A stretch of DNA of 64,000 bases from Octopus sinensis (Eukaryota). Positions 48,420 to 62,382 of the stretch are shown here, one piece after another; within the stretch, counting starts at the first letter, position 1; the number at the start of each line of letters is the position of its first letter. Below the pieces are notes generated by a model. The model did no database searches. It worked only from the letters and a program-made list of their open reading frames with translations, and was not told where the DNA came from. Made by a program: the position numbers and the translations under genes. Location: the NCBI RefSeq assembly GCF_006345805.1, contig NC_042998.1, positions 79,794,001 through 79,858,000 of the forward strand. Reading direction: 5' to 3'.

Positions 48420-50970
48420 CTAATGTTCTGCGCCGTGAGGATGAAAGACTTGAGGTATTTCGTGTTGCAAGACAGTGTGTGAGAGAGAATCGTGATGTGG
48501 TAGGAGAGAAGTGTGTTCGCATGGATGATGGTTCACTTGCGCTAAATGAGGATGCAAAGAGAGAGGTTTGGAGATGCCACTATGAAAGGTTGCTGAATAA
48601 AGAAAATGAATGGGATAAAGAGAGTCTGCCGAATGTTGACCCAACAGAGGGACCAGCTATCCGAGTTGATAGTTCCATGGTAGCTAAGGCAATTAGAAGC
48701 ATGAAGACAGGGAAAGCCCCAGGCCCATCAGGAATTACTGCAAAGATGCTCAAAATATCTGGCAGTGTCGGCTATAACCTAGTCACCCTTATAGTCAACC
48801 AGGTGATACATGAAGGAGTCATACCCAATGACTGGTGTAGCAGCGTACTAGTCAACTGCTACAAAGGTAAAGGTGATGCCCTAGATATAAATAATTACAG
48901 AGGTATCAAGCTGTTGGATCAGGTAATGAAGGTTACGGAGAGGGTCATAGCCCAACTAATTAGAGAGAGAGTTAGTTTAGATGAGATGCAGTTTGGGTTT
49001 GTGCCAGGGAAAAGCACCACTGATGCTATATTCCTGGTAAGGCAGCTGCAGGAGAAATACCTAGCCAAAGATAAGCCCCTGTACCTGGCTTTCGTTGACA
49101 TGGAGAAAGCCTTTGATAGGGTCCCCCGATCCCTCATCTGGTGGTCAATGAGGAAACTAGGGATAGATGAATGGCTGGTGAGGGCTGTGCAAGCCATGTA
49201 CAGAGATGCCGTAAGCAAGGTTAGGGTTCAAAGTAGAGGTTGGGGTCCACCAGGGTTCAGTACTCAGCCCCCTCCTATTTATCATAGTCCTCCAGGCAAT
49301 AACAGAGGAATTCAAGACAGGTTGCCCCTGGGAGCTCCTCTATGCTGACGACCTCGCTCTAATTGCTGAGTCACTATCAGAACTGGAAGGAGGGTTTAGA
49401 ATCGAGGGGCCTTAGAGTCAACCTAGCTAAAACCAAAGTACTAATAAGTAGAAGGGTAGGCAATCCACAAATGTCCTCAGGAAGATGGCCCTGCTCGATC
49501 TGTAGAAAGGGTGTAGGTAGAAACTCTATAAGATGTACCCAGTGTAAGCTATGGACACATAAGAGGTGCAGCAATGTCAAAGGTAGGCTAACTGGGAAGA
49601 TAGTTTTTATATGTGGCAGATGCTCGGGAGCATTGACCTCCGAAAATCTGCAGAAAACAACTTCCGTCACTTTCCAGGGGGAAAAATTAGAAGTAGTTGA
49701 TAGCTTCCGTTATCTAGGTGACCAAGTCAGTAGTGGGGGTGGGTGCGCTGAGAGTGTAACTGCTAGAATAAGAATAGCCTGGGCAAAGTTTAGGGAGCTC
49801 TTACCTCTGCTGGTGACTAAAGGCCTCTCGCTCAGAGTAAAGGCAGACTGTATGATGCATGTGTTCGAACTGCCATGCTACATGGCAGTGAAACATGGGC
49901 TGTGACTGCTGAGGACATGCGTAAGCTCATGAGGAATGAAGCCAGTATGCTCCGATGGATGTGTAATGTCAGTGTACTTACTCGACAGAGCGTTAGTTCC
50001 CTGAGAGAAATGTTGTACCTAAGAAGCATCAGTTGTTGCGTGCAAGAGAGACGATTGCGCTGGTATGGTCATGTGGCGAGAATGGATGAAGATAGGTGTG
50101 TGAGAAAGTGCCAATCCCTAGCAGTTGAGGGAACCCATGGAAGAGGTAGACCCAGGAAAACCTGGGACGAGGTGGTGAAGCACGACCTTCGAACGTTAGG
50201 TGTCACCATGGAAATGACTAGAGACCGAGACCTATGGAAGTATGCTGTGCGTGAGAAGACCCGGCAAGACTAGTGAAGCCATAACCCGTGGCCCCTACCT
50301 GGGACGTAGTCAGTCCACCTGTGCATACCTTCCTGCTTGTGACACTTGTGAAGACCTGTTGAGGCAAATCAAATCAAAGTCAAATCGAATCAAGTCAAAC
50401 CAAATCAAAATAGATGAACATCAATGGAATTTGTATCCTTGTGGTACCAGTGCCGGTGGCACATAAGAAAACCATCCGAACGGGACCGTAGCCAGTACCG
50501 CATCGACTGGCCTCCGTGCCGTGGGCACATAACAAACACCATCCGATCGTAGCCGTTCGCCAGCCTCGTCTGGCACCTGTGTCGGTGGCACATAAGAAAA
50601 ACACCGAAAACACCATATCCGAGCGTGGCCGTCTGCCAGCCTCGTCTGGCACCTGTGTCGGTGGCACATAAAAAACACCATCCGAGCGTGGCCGTCTGCC
50701 AGCCTCGTCTGGCACCTGTGTCGGTGGCACATAAAAAAACACCATCCGTGCGTGGCCGTCTGCCAGCCTCGTCTGGCACCTGTGTCGGTGGCACATAAAC
50801 TCACCCACTACACTCTCGGAGTGGTTGGTGTTAGGAAGGGCATCCAGCTGTAGAAACACTGCCAGATCTGACTGGCCTGGTGTAGCCTTCGGGCTTGCCA
50901 GACCCCAGTTGAACCGTCCAACCCATGCTAGCATGGAAAGCGGACGTTAAACGATGATGATGATGATGAT
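48420..50970 (+). mobile_element. 5'-truncated RTE-clade LINE
   Basis: RT motifs KAPGPSG, NYRGIKLL, QFGF, AFVDMEKAFDRV, GVHQGSVLSP, YADD (49341), FRYLG, RRLRWYGHVARM, GRPRKTW. Small deletions and frameshifts; (gat)n tail. Confidence 0.97.
50450..50800 (+). repeat. ~60-bp minisatellite in the RTE 3'UTR
   Basis: Unit gtcggtggcacataaaaaacaccatccgagcgtggccgtctgccagcctcgtctggcacctgt, ~6 copies. Confidence 0.92.
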
Positions 50971-51871
50971 ACACACATTAATTGATGAGTCAACATAGTT
51001 ATCCAGATGCTAGAAGAAAACGAAGGATACATTGTACTATGTACTCCTGTATTATGTAAATTTTTCTCCCAGATACTATGCCTGGAAAAAAATGGAATAG
51101 TCACAAGTGATCATGGGTCTACCTGATTGGGACTGATCCAGTACTTAGTAATACCCATACCAACAATATACTGCATATAGTTTTTTAACTTATTTAACTG
51201 GAAGAAGACCGAGTACCCATGAACCATCCTTACAGATCTTCTGAGACTGATGAGGTTGGCATTATTCATGTTCTGTTTAAACTGTGGCAGGTCAATACCT
51301 GCAAGAAAGACATAAAAACAAGGTGATTTCAAAGGGATGGTGTTTGGGGCAGTAATGAGGTATAAGACTTGCTAGCTCTTGGGAAGAAAGAACACAATAT
51401 TGTAGCTATAGAAAAATTAGAGAGAGAGTGCGTGTGTGGAGACAGCATATTTGTGGATCAAAGGCTGGACTGTGTCTGTTGGTGGTCGAATGCCAATCAG
51501 CTGAATGGCCCTTCTCTAAATGCTATTCGGGATGTCTGTGTGTGTGACAGCACCGAGCCAGATGTGGTTGCAGTACTCCTGTCTGTCCCCTCCTATTATC
51601 ACTGCCTATCTTTCACTTTCTTTTCATATCCTTCATCTTTACACCTTTACTTTTACTTCTCTTGTAATTGTGTATATGTCTGTTTTCAATTTTCCCTATT
51701 AGCAAAATCAGGAGAGCATCGAACAAATTCATCTTCTTTGTTTTAAGCCCATTGTTCATACTGCTATAGTTTGGATGCACCTGCTCACCTAGATGAAGTA
51801 GAAGAACCTCATCTAATTCATGTTTCATTTTGACTTAGTTTCTATGATTGGATCCTCTTCTTAACACCACC

Positions 51872-52135
51872 CAGAGCCAGTTTTAAGCCAATTAGGCAAA
51901 TTTGTTCAAATCGGGCCCCATGCTAAGAGAGGGCCCTGTGCACTTGCTTGAGCAGAAGATGCTGTGATGAACTTTTAGTAAATCATTGTAGCTAATGATG
52001 GATCCTCAAACTCTCAATGTTTTTTGGCTGGGACTGGCATACTACATGAAGCATAAAACATCAATCTTCAGCTTTTGTAGAGAGCCCTACTGACAATTCT
52101 CTAATTGGGCTCTGCACTTCCTAGCATCAGCCCTG
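51872..52135. mobile_element. Possible hAT-type MITE
   Basis: cagagcc...gccctg ends with imperfect caccac flanking repeats. Confidence 0.4.
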
Positions 52136-52700
52136 CACCACTCACTATATAGAGTATAATAAGAGTTCTTTTTTTCTCATGCCACCTACGATAAAAAGGT
52201 GTCATGTCCTCAACAAAACTAAAGGGTCCTTACAATCTCACACTTTACAGAATGTAGTGGGTGTATTTCTCATGACAAAAGCACTTGAGAGACAGCCATC
52301 TCCTTGTTACAACTAAAGGGACTTCACAACCTCATATCTCTGCTCAGCCATCCATTTCTTTATAGAGTGTGAAGCATGGGTGATAGTTATGAGAGGAATG
52401 TGTGGTAGTGGATGAAGTGATTGGTGTATTCAGCATTTTCAGCTATGCACCATTATTCAGGAAAAACATCAGTGAGATGGCAAGGTTGTTACAAAAGTGT
52501 ACATGAATCACAGGACAGTTATGACAGAAGAATAATAGAAACCTGAGAAAAAATGGAATTAGAGCATGCTGGCAGACAAGGTGGTATGGGATAGTGACAG
52601 GCAGTATAGAAAGGGAGGATGGCTCTTTATGATCCGAGTTCAAATCCCACTGAGGTCAACTTTGTTCTTCATCATTCCACACTTGATAAAGTGAAATACC

Positions 52701-52922
52701 TATTTCTTTATTACCCACAAGGGGCTAAACACAAAGGGGACAGACATAGGTATTAAGTCGATTATATCGACCCCAGTGCATAACTGGTACTTAATTTATC
52801 GACCCCGAAAGGATGAAGGACAAAGCCGACCTCGGCAGAATTCGAACTCACAACGTAATGCAGACGAAATACCGCTAAGCATTTCGCCCGGCGTGCTAAC
52901 GTTTCTGCCAGCTCACCGCCTT
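52701..52922 (-). mobile_element. Young family-C SINE with a 15-bp TSD, nested in an older family-C copy
   Basis: ataaagtgaaatacc at 52686-52700 and 52923-52937. The host copy gagttcaaatcccactgaggtcaactttg starts at ~52635. Confidence 0.92.
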
Positions 52923-55900
52923 ATAAAGTGAAATACCAGCCATGGACTAGGATCAATTTACTATTCTGATTGGGCTTCATAGATATAAATGCAATTATAA
53001 GAAGAAAAAGGGATACTGAGTTTAAATTTAACAACCGTTCATGAATTTATGGTCATCATCACCACTGTTTTTATGTCTACTTTCCTCAAGCTTGTGTGGA
53101 TTAAACTGAATTCACTGAGGCAGATTTTCTATGGCTAGGTGCCCTTCCTGTTCCCAACCCCCACCTGTTTCCAAGAAAGGTAATATTTTACCATATCTGG
53201 ATATATGTTCACTGAATACTGGAAATAAAGACACTGCTTGAATGACAATGACACTCGGTTACAACTATTACATGATGTCAGGACAAGGAGACACACACAC
53301 ACAAACACACATGACAGTTCCCATCTACCAAATCCACTCACAAGGCTTTGGTTAACTCTAGACTATAACAAAATACATTTGCCAAAGTGTTATGCAGTGT
53401 AACTGAACCCAAAACAATGTGGTTGGGAAGCAAACTTCATAACCACATTGCCACATCTATGCCTGTAAAGTTGTTAAATTTGAACACAATACCATTTGTT
53501 TCCTAAAATATATATCATACCTATGTCTTGTAAATTAAATGAAAGATTACTTGTCAAAGCAATTTAAAACTGCAATCGAGCAAGAAGTAGAAAAGACTAT
53601 GAAACATAGTTAATTGTGAAATTTAACCAATTGGTATGCAAAGTTTTGATTTAACAAGTATAACAATATTGGTTGGGATGCAAACTATTATTTTTTTAAT
53701 CTTTTATCTTTTACTTATTTCAGTCATTAGACTGCAACCATTCTATAGTACCACCTTGAAAGGTTCAGTTGAACAAATCAACTCCAGTGCTTATTATATC
53801 AGTCTATTTTGCTGAACTGCTAAGTTACAGGGATGTAAACAAACTTATAATCAGTTGTTAAGTGATAGTGTGTGTGTGTGTGTGTGTGTATGGGGTGGGG
53901 GAAAATACAGACACAAAAACACAGTAAAAAAAGTAGTTATAATTTACTCTGTCTACCAAACTTCAGCACATTATTTGCATACATTTGTAAAGTCCCATGA
54001 TAAATAAATATCAAGTTACATAAGAATAGAGTTATATTTTTAATTGCTATTTAATGAATTTGTTAATATAAAGCAAGAGACCAGTCACTGAAAGACACTA
54101 TTGCATATGGAAATAAAAAAGTTTGACAATGTCTGCTGAAACTGTTGAAATTTGTTTGGGAAATACAGGAAATAATGAATTCCCAGAGTAATGTATTGTA
54201 AAATAAAAATGTTATATGTGTTATGTCACTACTTGCCTTTGTTACAGAGCATGGTATTTCCGGTAAAATCCAGAAAGAGGTTAGTTTTCTAATATTTCCA
54301 TACAATGATAGAATGTAGAAGCAACATAGTTGAAAGGATACCAAGTTTTTTGTGTTTATTCTATATGCCTTAAGCCTGGTTGTCAGTAACTCAGTAACTA
54401 ACATATTAGCCTCTACCTCATAGACATACCATCTCCTCACTCTAATTCTCTTTCTCTCCCTCTTTCTCTCTCTCCCTCTCTCTCTCACACACACACACAC
54501 ACATCATCGTCATCATAATCATTTTTTAACAACAGTTTTCTATGCTGACATGGGTAAGATGATTTGACACGAGCGGGTGAGCCAGAGGACTGTGCCAAGC
54601 ACCAATATCTGCTTTAATATGGTTTCTATAGCTGCGTACCCTTCCTAATACCAACCATTTTACAGAGTGTACTGATTGCTTTTTATGTAGCACCAGCACT
54701 AATGAAGTCACCAAGTAACTTGCAAGACATGATCCACAATTGATGGGGTATACTATTGATGGAGCTGGCTCATTGCAAGAAACTTGAGTAGCAACAGAGT
54801 GAATCGTCAACATTGAACAAGTGTCTGTCTTTCAGACGATTTTGGCAGCACTGACTCAAATAATAAGCAAAGCAAGAAATTAACTTCATGAGTTGAACAT
54901 ATAAAAGAGAGGTGCACTGTTTTCATCTTTGCCATAACTGGACAGTTTAATAAAACAACTGTAAAAGCAACCAATATTTTTCCATAGCAGAAATATCCTC
55001 TTGAGAGATTGTAAACAAAGATACTATTTGTATGATGATGACACTCATTTACAACTATTGTGTGATGTTGAGACAAGGAGACACAAACATGAGTGCGCAC
55101 ACACACCTATATATATTTGGGGGGGGTGTATATAATGAGTTTCTTTCATTCTGTTTATGAAATCTGCTCATAGGGCTTTAGTTAGCCAAGGGCTATAGTA
55201 AAAGACATTTGGCTAAGGTGCCACATTGTGGGCCTGAACCCAAAGCTACATGGTTGGAAGTTTCTTATTCACAGTCATGCCTGCACCTATTAGTTTTGTG
55301 ATAATTGTGTTTAAAATTATTTTCCCATGTGAAACTTCACATACATTGTTTATATAAGTTGATTGATAGCACTTACTAGTTCCTGTTTCAAATCGTTGAC
55401 TTAATAGTAACGTTTTATGCAATTATATAGAAAATATAATATGAATACTGCATAAATTACTAATACTACTAGTTGATATAGTGCCATAGCTATCATTCAC
55501 AAGTGAATATGACCTGGTAGGATGTACTATGTATTCACTAATTGTTTTAAATGTTTATGTAGTTATGTGCTGATATAGAATTCCTCTCAACTCTCCTGCT
55601 TTTTTACCTAAGCATCTAACAACTAAAAGGAGAAAGTTCTCTACCTTCACTCCATTTGTACTCATTTTTAGCTGAGTAGTCTAAAGCAGTGCAAAATCCA
55701 AGGGTTTTGCTCTTGAATACAATGTACCATCCAGTCCAGGAATCAAACCTATGATCTCATGATCATGAGAACAAAGCCATAACTACTAGGCCACATGCAC
55801 AAAACTATTTTTGCTAGCCTGCAAAAATTTGCATAGTAGTGCAGTGTTAATTTGTAACCATTGGCAACTTTCTACCACAGACAGATTTTAGAAATGAAAT

Positions 55901-56749
55901 TTCAGATATTAACAACATTCAATTGTTCCCACTCTACTTTTAAGTACAGTGTCTTTTGTCACTTGACACAAAGCCACCATGCTGATTGTACCAATAAAAG
56001 ACTGGCATTATCTGTCCATTGCCTTTTATTGTAAGCCAATTTCAGTGTGTCTGTATACTACAGATTTTAATACATACCAATTTGTCTTTTCCTGTTGTTT
56101 TTTGTGTGATAAGGCTTCTGGGTGGACAGTATTATATAATTGTGTTCTATTTTAAGATGTTTCATGTATTGTTTTCCTATTAGCTTTACTTGGATAATTG
56201 GCAAGACTAATTACTGAGTTTTACTGAGCAGTGTTGATGTAAAAACAATTGCTATGATACCACAAACTGAACATTTTATTTGTTTTTGTTTTTTATGAGA
56301 TTTTGATGGCATTTTGTCCCCAAAATGACTGTGTAGAAAACTTCATAAAAGTGAGTTTGAGTATATTATATCTTTTTTTCTTCTAATAATGACAACTGGA
56401 TATATGAGTATCAATGATTTTTTTTTTGTGTGTGTGATATATCAAAGTCAACTTTGCATTTCATCCTTTTGGGGTCGATGTAATCAACTTACATCCTCCC
56501 CCCAAATTGCTGGCCTAGTGCCAAAATTTGAACCCAATATTTTGTAACATAATTCTGTTTAAGAAACCTGTTCACTACTGTTATTATCATCACAACCACA
56601 ACAAAAGAAGTGTATCATGGCTTCATCATATCCAGGATAAATCAATAATTGCTACCTGTAAAGCCAATGTTATTTAAATCCAGTTAATTCATATTATAGT
56701 ACTACACTTATTAAAAAGTTTATTATAGGGCAAATGAGAAACAGTTCTC

Positions 56750-57138
56750 TAGGCTGTAGGGTTAAAAAGCTCACCTTGCAATCATGTTTTCAGGTTCAGT
56801 CCCACTGTGCAGTACCTGAGGCAAGTGTCCTCTACTATAGCCTCATGCCAACCAAGGCCTTGTGAGAGAATTTGGTAGATGGAAATTGTGTGGAAGCTCC
56901 TTGTATATATGTGTGTGTGTATATTTGTAACACCACCACCCCACTGCTTGACAACTGGTATTGGTTTGTTTATATTCTCATAACTTAGTGATTTGGAAAA
57001 AGGGAGTGATAGAACAAGTATCAAACTTTAAAGAAAAATATGTAAGTACTGGGGTTGATTTGTTTGACTTAAATCCTTCAAGGTGGTACCACAAGAGATC
57101 CACAATCCAATGACTGAAAAGAGGCAAATGATAAAAGA
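56750..57138 (+). mobile_element. Family-B SINE
   Basis: ggttcagtcccactg...aatgactgaaa...gataaaagata. Confidence 0.85.
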
Positions 57139-57223
57139 TATATAATAAAATTATATACATAGACAAGCATATGTCTGAACATGGCTTTGTTGATCAGTTC
57201 ACATCTGAGAAAAAAAAAAATAA

Positions 57224-57455
57224 GGTGGTGAGCTGGCAGAAACATTAGCATGCCAGGCGAAATGTTTAGCGGTATTTCGTCTGCCATTACGTTCTGAGTT
57301 CAAATTCCGTCAGGGTCGACTTTGCCTTTCATCCTTTCAGGGTCAATAAATTGAGTACCAGTTATGCACTGGGGTCGATGTAATCAACTTAATCCCTTTG
57401 TCTGTCCTTGTTTGTCCCCTCTATGTTTAGCCCCTTGTGGGCAATAAAGAAATAA
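57224..57455 (+). mobile_element. Family-C SINE
   Basis: ggtgagctggcagaaacattagc...ccccttgtgggcaataaagaaataag. Confidence 0.9.
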
Positions 57456-58454
57456 GATATATGATAAAATATACATAAAGCAATTTGTAGTACATTTACA
57501 AATTTAACTATTCAAAAATGTTTAAACATTCATTGCAATAAAATCATTCTAATTATATGGAACTTTAACAAATACCATGCCCTGTTTGCACCTATTTGGG
57601 GTTGTCTTTATGAATAATATATATATACAAGCTAAGTCAAATCGCTGTCTTCCCCACATACTGGGTTGTCCTTTCAGGTGCTGGTGCTTTGTTAATGCAA
57701 CCATGCTGATGGCATGTAAAAGCACCCTGCACACTCTGCTAAATGGTTGGCATTAGGAAGGGCATCCAGTTGTAAAAACCATACCACAACAGACAGTTGG
57801 AGTTTCGACAGCTTCCTCCTAGCTAACTCCATGTCTAACCATTCGATCCATGCCAGCATGGAGAGCAGACATTAAGTGATGAGGATGGTGGTGGTGGTGG
57901 TGGCGGCGGCGGCAGCGGTGGTGGTGGTGATGGTGGCGGTGGTGGTGATGAGGAGGTGGAGGAAACATCTCAAGCATAAACATATGCTCGATACTCCTAA
58001 TTATATCATTTTATATATGTTGATACTTCCTAGTGCTTTGAACTTGTTAATTTATTATTATTTTCATTTCAGTTGATGGTGATATCTCACAGAAGCACTC
58101 TGATTCATTTGGAGTTGCTCTGCAACATCAGCTCAGCACAGTCCAGATCAACCTGGGAAGGATGCAGTTGATCCCTGTCCTTTGCCAGTGAATTGTATAT
58201 TCACTATAGTAAAAGGAATTCTAAGGTTTTGTGCAATCTTACACTGGCTAAGTTCATCCTTAGACTGACTTACACTATGTCCTCTTTGAAAATGAGATAA
58301 CTCTCTTGGCAAGGCTATAAACAATTAAAATGCTGTAGTCTGAAATGAAAAATAATAATACACTAACAAGTTTGAAGCACCAACTTGTGTCAGCACAAAT
58401 AAAGTGATAGAATGAGGAGTATCTATTTACTTTTGACCTCTCTCTCTATGTATG

Positions 58455-58554
<100 letters not shown>

Positions 58555-58559
58555 TATAT

Positions 58560-59308
58560 AACATACAAAATGGGACAAGAACGCAAAACATCTGGACAAC
58601 TAGGTGATACAAAAAGGGGACAACAAAACATCCAGAAAGATGATACAAAGAAATCAAGGACGGGCCATTCAAAGTTTTCTATCTACAGTCAAGAACTAGA
58701 TTATCCTCGCAATTTCGGCTGATTATTCTTGAGATTGCTCCAATCTGGCCAGCCCCAAGGAAAAACTAAGCTAAGAGCATTAGATTCTTTGGAAGAAAGC
58801 AGCGAATGTATACAAAAACAAGGACGGAAAAAAACGGACAATGTTACACAAATATAAATACAATAAAAATAATAACATAACAACAGGCATCTTTCGACTA
58901 AGGTCGAATTGAATTAAGCTGGTGCGTGTGGAAATGAAGCCTTATGGCAGAGATACAAAATTTTCATAAACACAGGGAAGAATATCAATGTTGCATGGAC
59001 CACGGTCAGACCAAAAAGGAAGAGCAGGCTGGCCAATCGGTCACGTGGGAAGAGAAGATATACATATATATATATACAACTAATGTAGGATAAAATTATT
59101 TTCGAAAAAAATTTTATCAATGGCCAGCATATCAAAAAATACCTTTAAAGGTTAAATTAATAAATAACTTATAAAATAAGGGCAAAAGAAAAATTCTAAT
59201 GCCAAATATGCCAAAAAAAACACCAAATTGTCAATATTTTGACAATTATTGACAATTTTGTCTTTTTTTCGGCATATTTGGCATTAGAATTTTTCTTTTG
59301 CCCTTATT

Positions 59309-59313
<5 letters not shown>
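58560..59313. mobile_element. Unclassified repeat within (TA)n, ending in a long hairpin
   Basis: Flanked by TA tracts on both sides; terminal inverted repeat 59169-59236 / 59247-59314. Confidence 0.5.
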
Positions 59314-59353
<40 letters not shown>

Positions 59354-59452
59354 AGAGAGAGGTCAGTTTTAGGCAAAACCTGTTCTTCAGCAGTTGGTAG
59401 TAGTGTGACATACACAGATGCAAAGACACATACACACACATAGACATGTATA

Positions 59453-60062
59453 CAGGGTGCGATGGGTAAATTGTCATAATTTTATATTTTATTTCGTGCA
59501 TACACATCGTTTGTTTTTGATTTTGTTGACTACACAGTATAGTAGGGTCAGTTGAGCACCATCTGTGAGAAAAACAGCACCATGATGCAATTCACTCTGC
59601 CAGAAATGTGAAAACAACAGGCTGTACTGCTTGGCATTCACACCGGAAGCTCCAGTATGAACATTTCAGAATGTTTGGGTGTCAATCTGAGAATAGTGCA
59701 GAGGATTCAGAAAGAGTTGGATGAATCTAATGGTGATTACAAAAGTATGGCAACTCAGAAAATTCACTCTGATCATTCTGATAAGAAAAGAACTCCTGAA
59801 TTTGTTGGTGAGATCGAGGCCATGATTGACAATGATCTCTCCAAGTGAATCAGGTCCATTGCCAGGGATATGGGAGTGTCTAAGTTTCTTATCAGTTGTC
59901 TTGAAGTTGGGGGTGAACCCAATGGCAATTTTAGCAAATAAATTTACTCTTTAGTATTTCAAGATATTTTAATGTGATTTTAGTAAATATATCTGTTAAA
60001 ATGAGATGTCAGTGTTATTTTGATTTTTGTGTAATTTAGATGACAATTTATTCACTGCACCT
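59453..60062 (+). mobile_element. Internally deleted Tc1/mariner-superfamily element
   Basis: ta|cagggtgcgatgggtaaattgtcat ... atgacaatttattcactgcacct TIRs. HTH remnant ISECLGVNLRIVQRI...KKRTPEFV...IRSIARDMGVS. Confidence 0.8.
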
Positions 60063-60077
60063 CCCTCTTTCTCTCTC

Positions 60078-60120
<43 letters not shown>

Positions 60121-60343
60121 TAGAGAAAAGCCACTATTATGCAATTCAAACAATGATAGACATAAACCAAATCATAAAGAAAAAATAAAATATATCATAA
60201 AACATATAACTATATCACAAAAAGTACAAAAAGGAATAAACAATATATAATAAATAAAAAGACTTGTAAAATTTGATTTAATACTAATTGGATTTTTGCC
60301 TGTAAGTTTGGAGTTATACTCTCTAATATTATATATATATATA

Positions 60344-60729
60344 CTAGCAGTATCACCCGGTGTTGCTTGGGTTTGTTTCGACCCTTTAGAATTGGAATTT
60401 TTGAAAAGTAAAAATTTAGCATTATGTAACTTGTTATTCTCTTCAAGTGAACATTTTTCCAGTTGAAATACACCAAAAAATGGTGACACAGCAGTCAAAA
60501 ATCGTAAAAAATAAGGATTTTCATAGAAAAAAAGCACCTTTTTGATGTAAATAATTTTTGGTGTTAACATGGTCTGATTTGAATTTTATCTTCTACAGAA
60601 TGAAGAGCAAGCTTTCTATCATAATCTCAATTTTGGTCAACTTGCCCTGTAGGGTCTCAAAGAAGATAGTGTTAGTTGGAGGCTACCAAACCTTCCACAC
60701 ACAGACAACTTCAGCTTTATATATATAGA
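60344..60729 (-). mobile_element. Non-autonomous Helitron
   Basis: Minus strand a|tctatatatataaagc ... cccaagcaacaccgggtgatactgctag|t. Confidence 0.8.
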
Positions 60730-60769
60730 TTTGCTACACACTACTTTCCATTCTTAATAATGAAACTTG

Positions 60770-61348
60770 GTAGATCCAAAAGTTAAACACACAGTCACAC
60801 ACACAGATACACACACACAGATACACACACAGTCACACACACAGATACACATACACAGATACACACACAGACACACAAGTTGAGTATATATATAGAGTTC
60901 TCAACGGGGATTTCAGGGGAGAGTTTCAGGGAGTTGCTGGCGATGTATCGAGATGATCAAAAATCCGGCCTGCTAAAATTTGGTTAAAGTGATTCAAACT
61001 GCAGACTCAATGCAAAATGGTCACATTTAATTCAAAGCGTTAAAAATGTTATGAAAACAATTTACGCATGCTTGCACGTGTGGTGAACACAGTTCACGTC
61101 AAACAACTGACTGAGTAAAGTTCACTATTCAATGCATGGGATAAGGCCTAAACAAACAAATTATCGATTTTTGCACTTGCAAGATGAATTTCGGAACAGA
61201 AATAGCGCAGTTCAAGTTTCATTTGCCTAAACTTTAAGTGACCCATTTTGGGTGGTTCTACGATTTGTTGGCTAGGAGGAGATGTGCCGGGAAGTTAAAC
61301 ACACAGACACACACACAGATACACAAGTTGAGTTTTATGTATATAGAT
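60770..61348 (-). mobile_element. Additional Helitron 5'-end fragments
   Basis: aagttaaacacacag...acacaagttgagt...tatataga occurs twice (ending ~60897 and ~61348). Confidence 0.55.
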
Positions 61349-61612
61349 ATATACACATATATATGCCTATGTATGTCACATCACCACCAACTGCTTGACA
61401 CACACAGACCACATACACATATATATGTGTGTCTTTGTGTCTATGTATGTCATATCCTCATCAACTGTACCAACTGTATCTTTTCAATTTTGATAATGCA
61501 AGGGCATCAATAATATAAAAATTTGTGTTCAGTTTTGTTATATTCAATACTGAGTAAGGCTTAAAACCAAGTTTTTTTCCCCCCTCACTTATTATGAACT
61601 TCAGCTTGTTGA

Positions 61613-62382
<770 letters not shown>

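Noticed and set aside
50395-50934. Repetitive Cys/His-rich ORFs (MCHRHRC...)
   Set aside because: Antisense translation of the RTE 3'UTR minisatellite.
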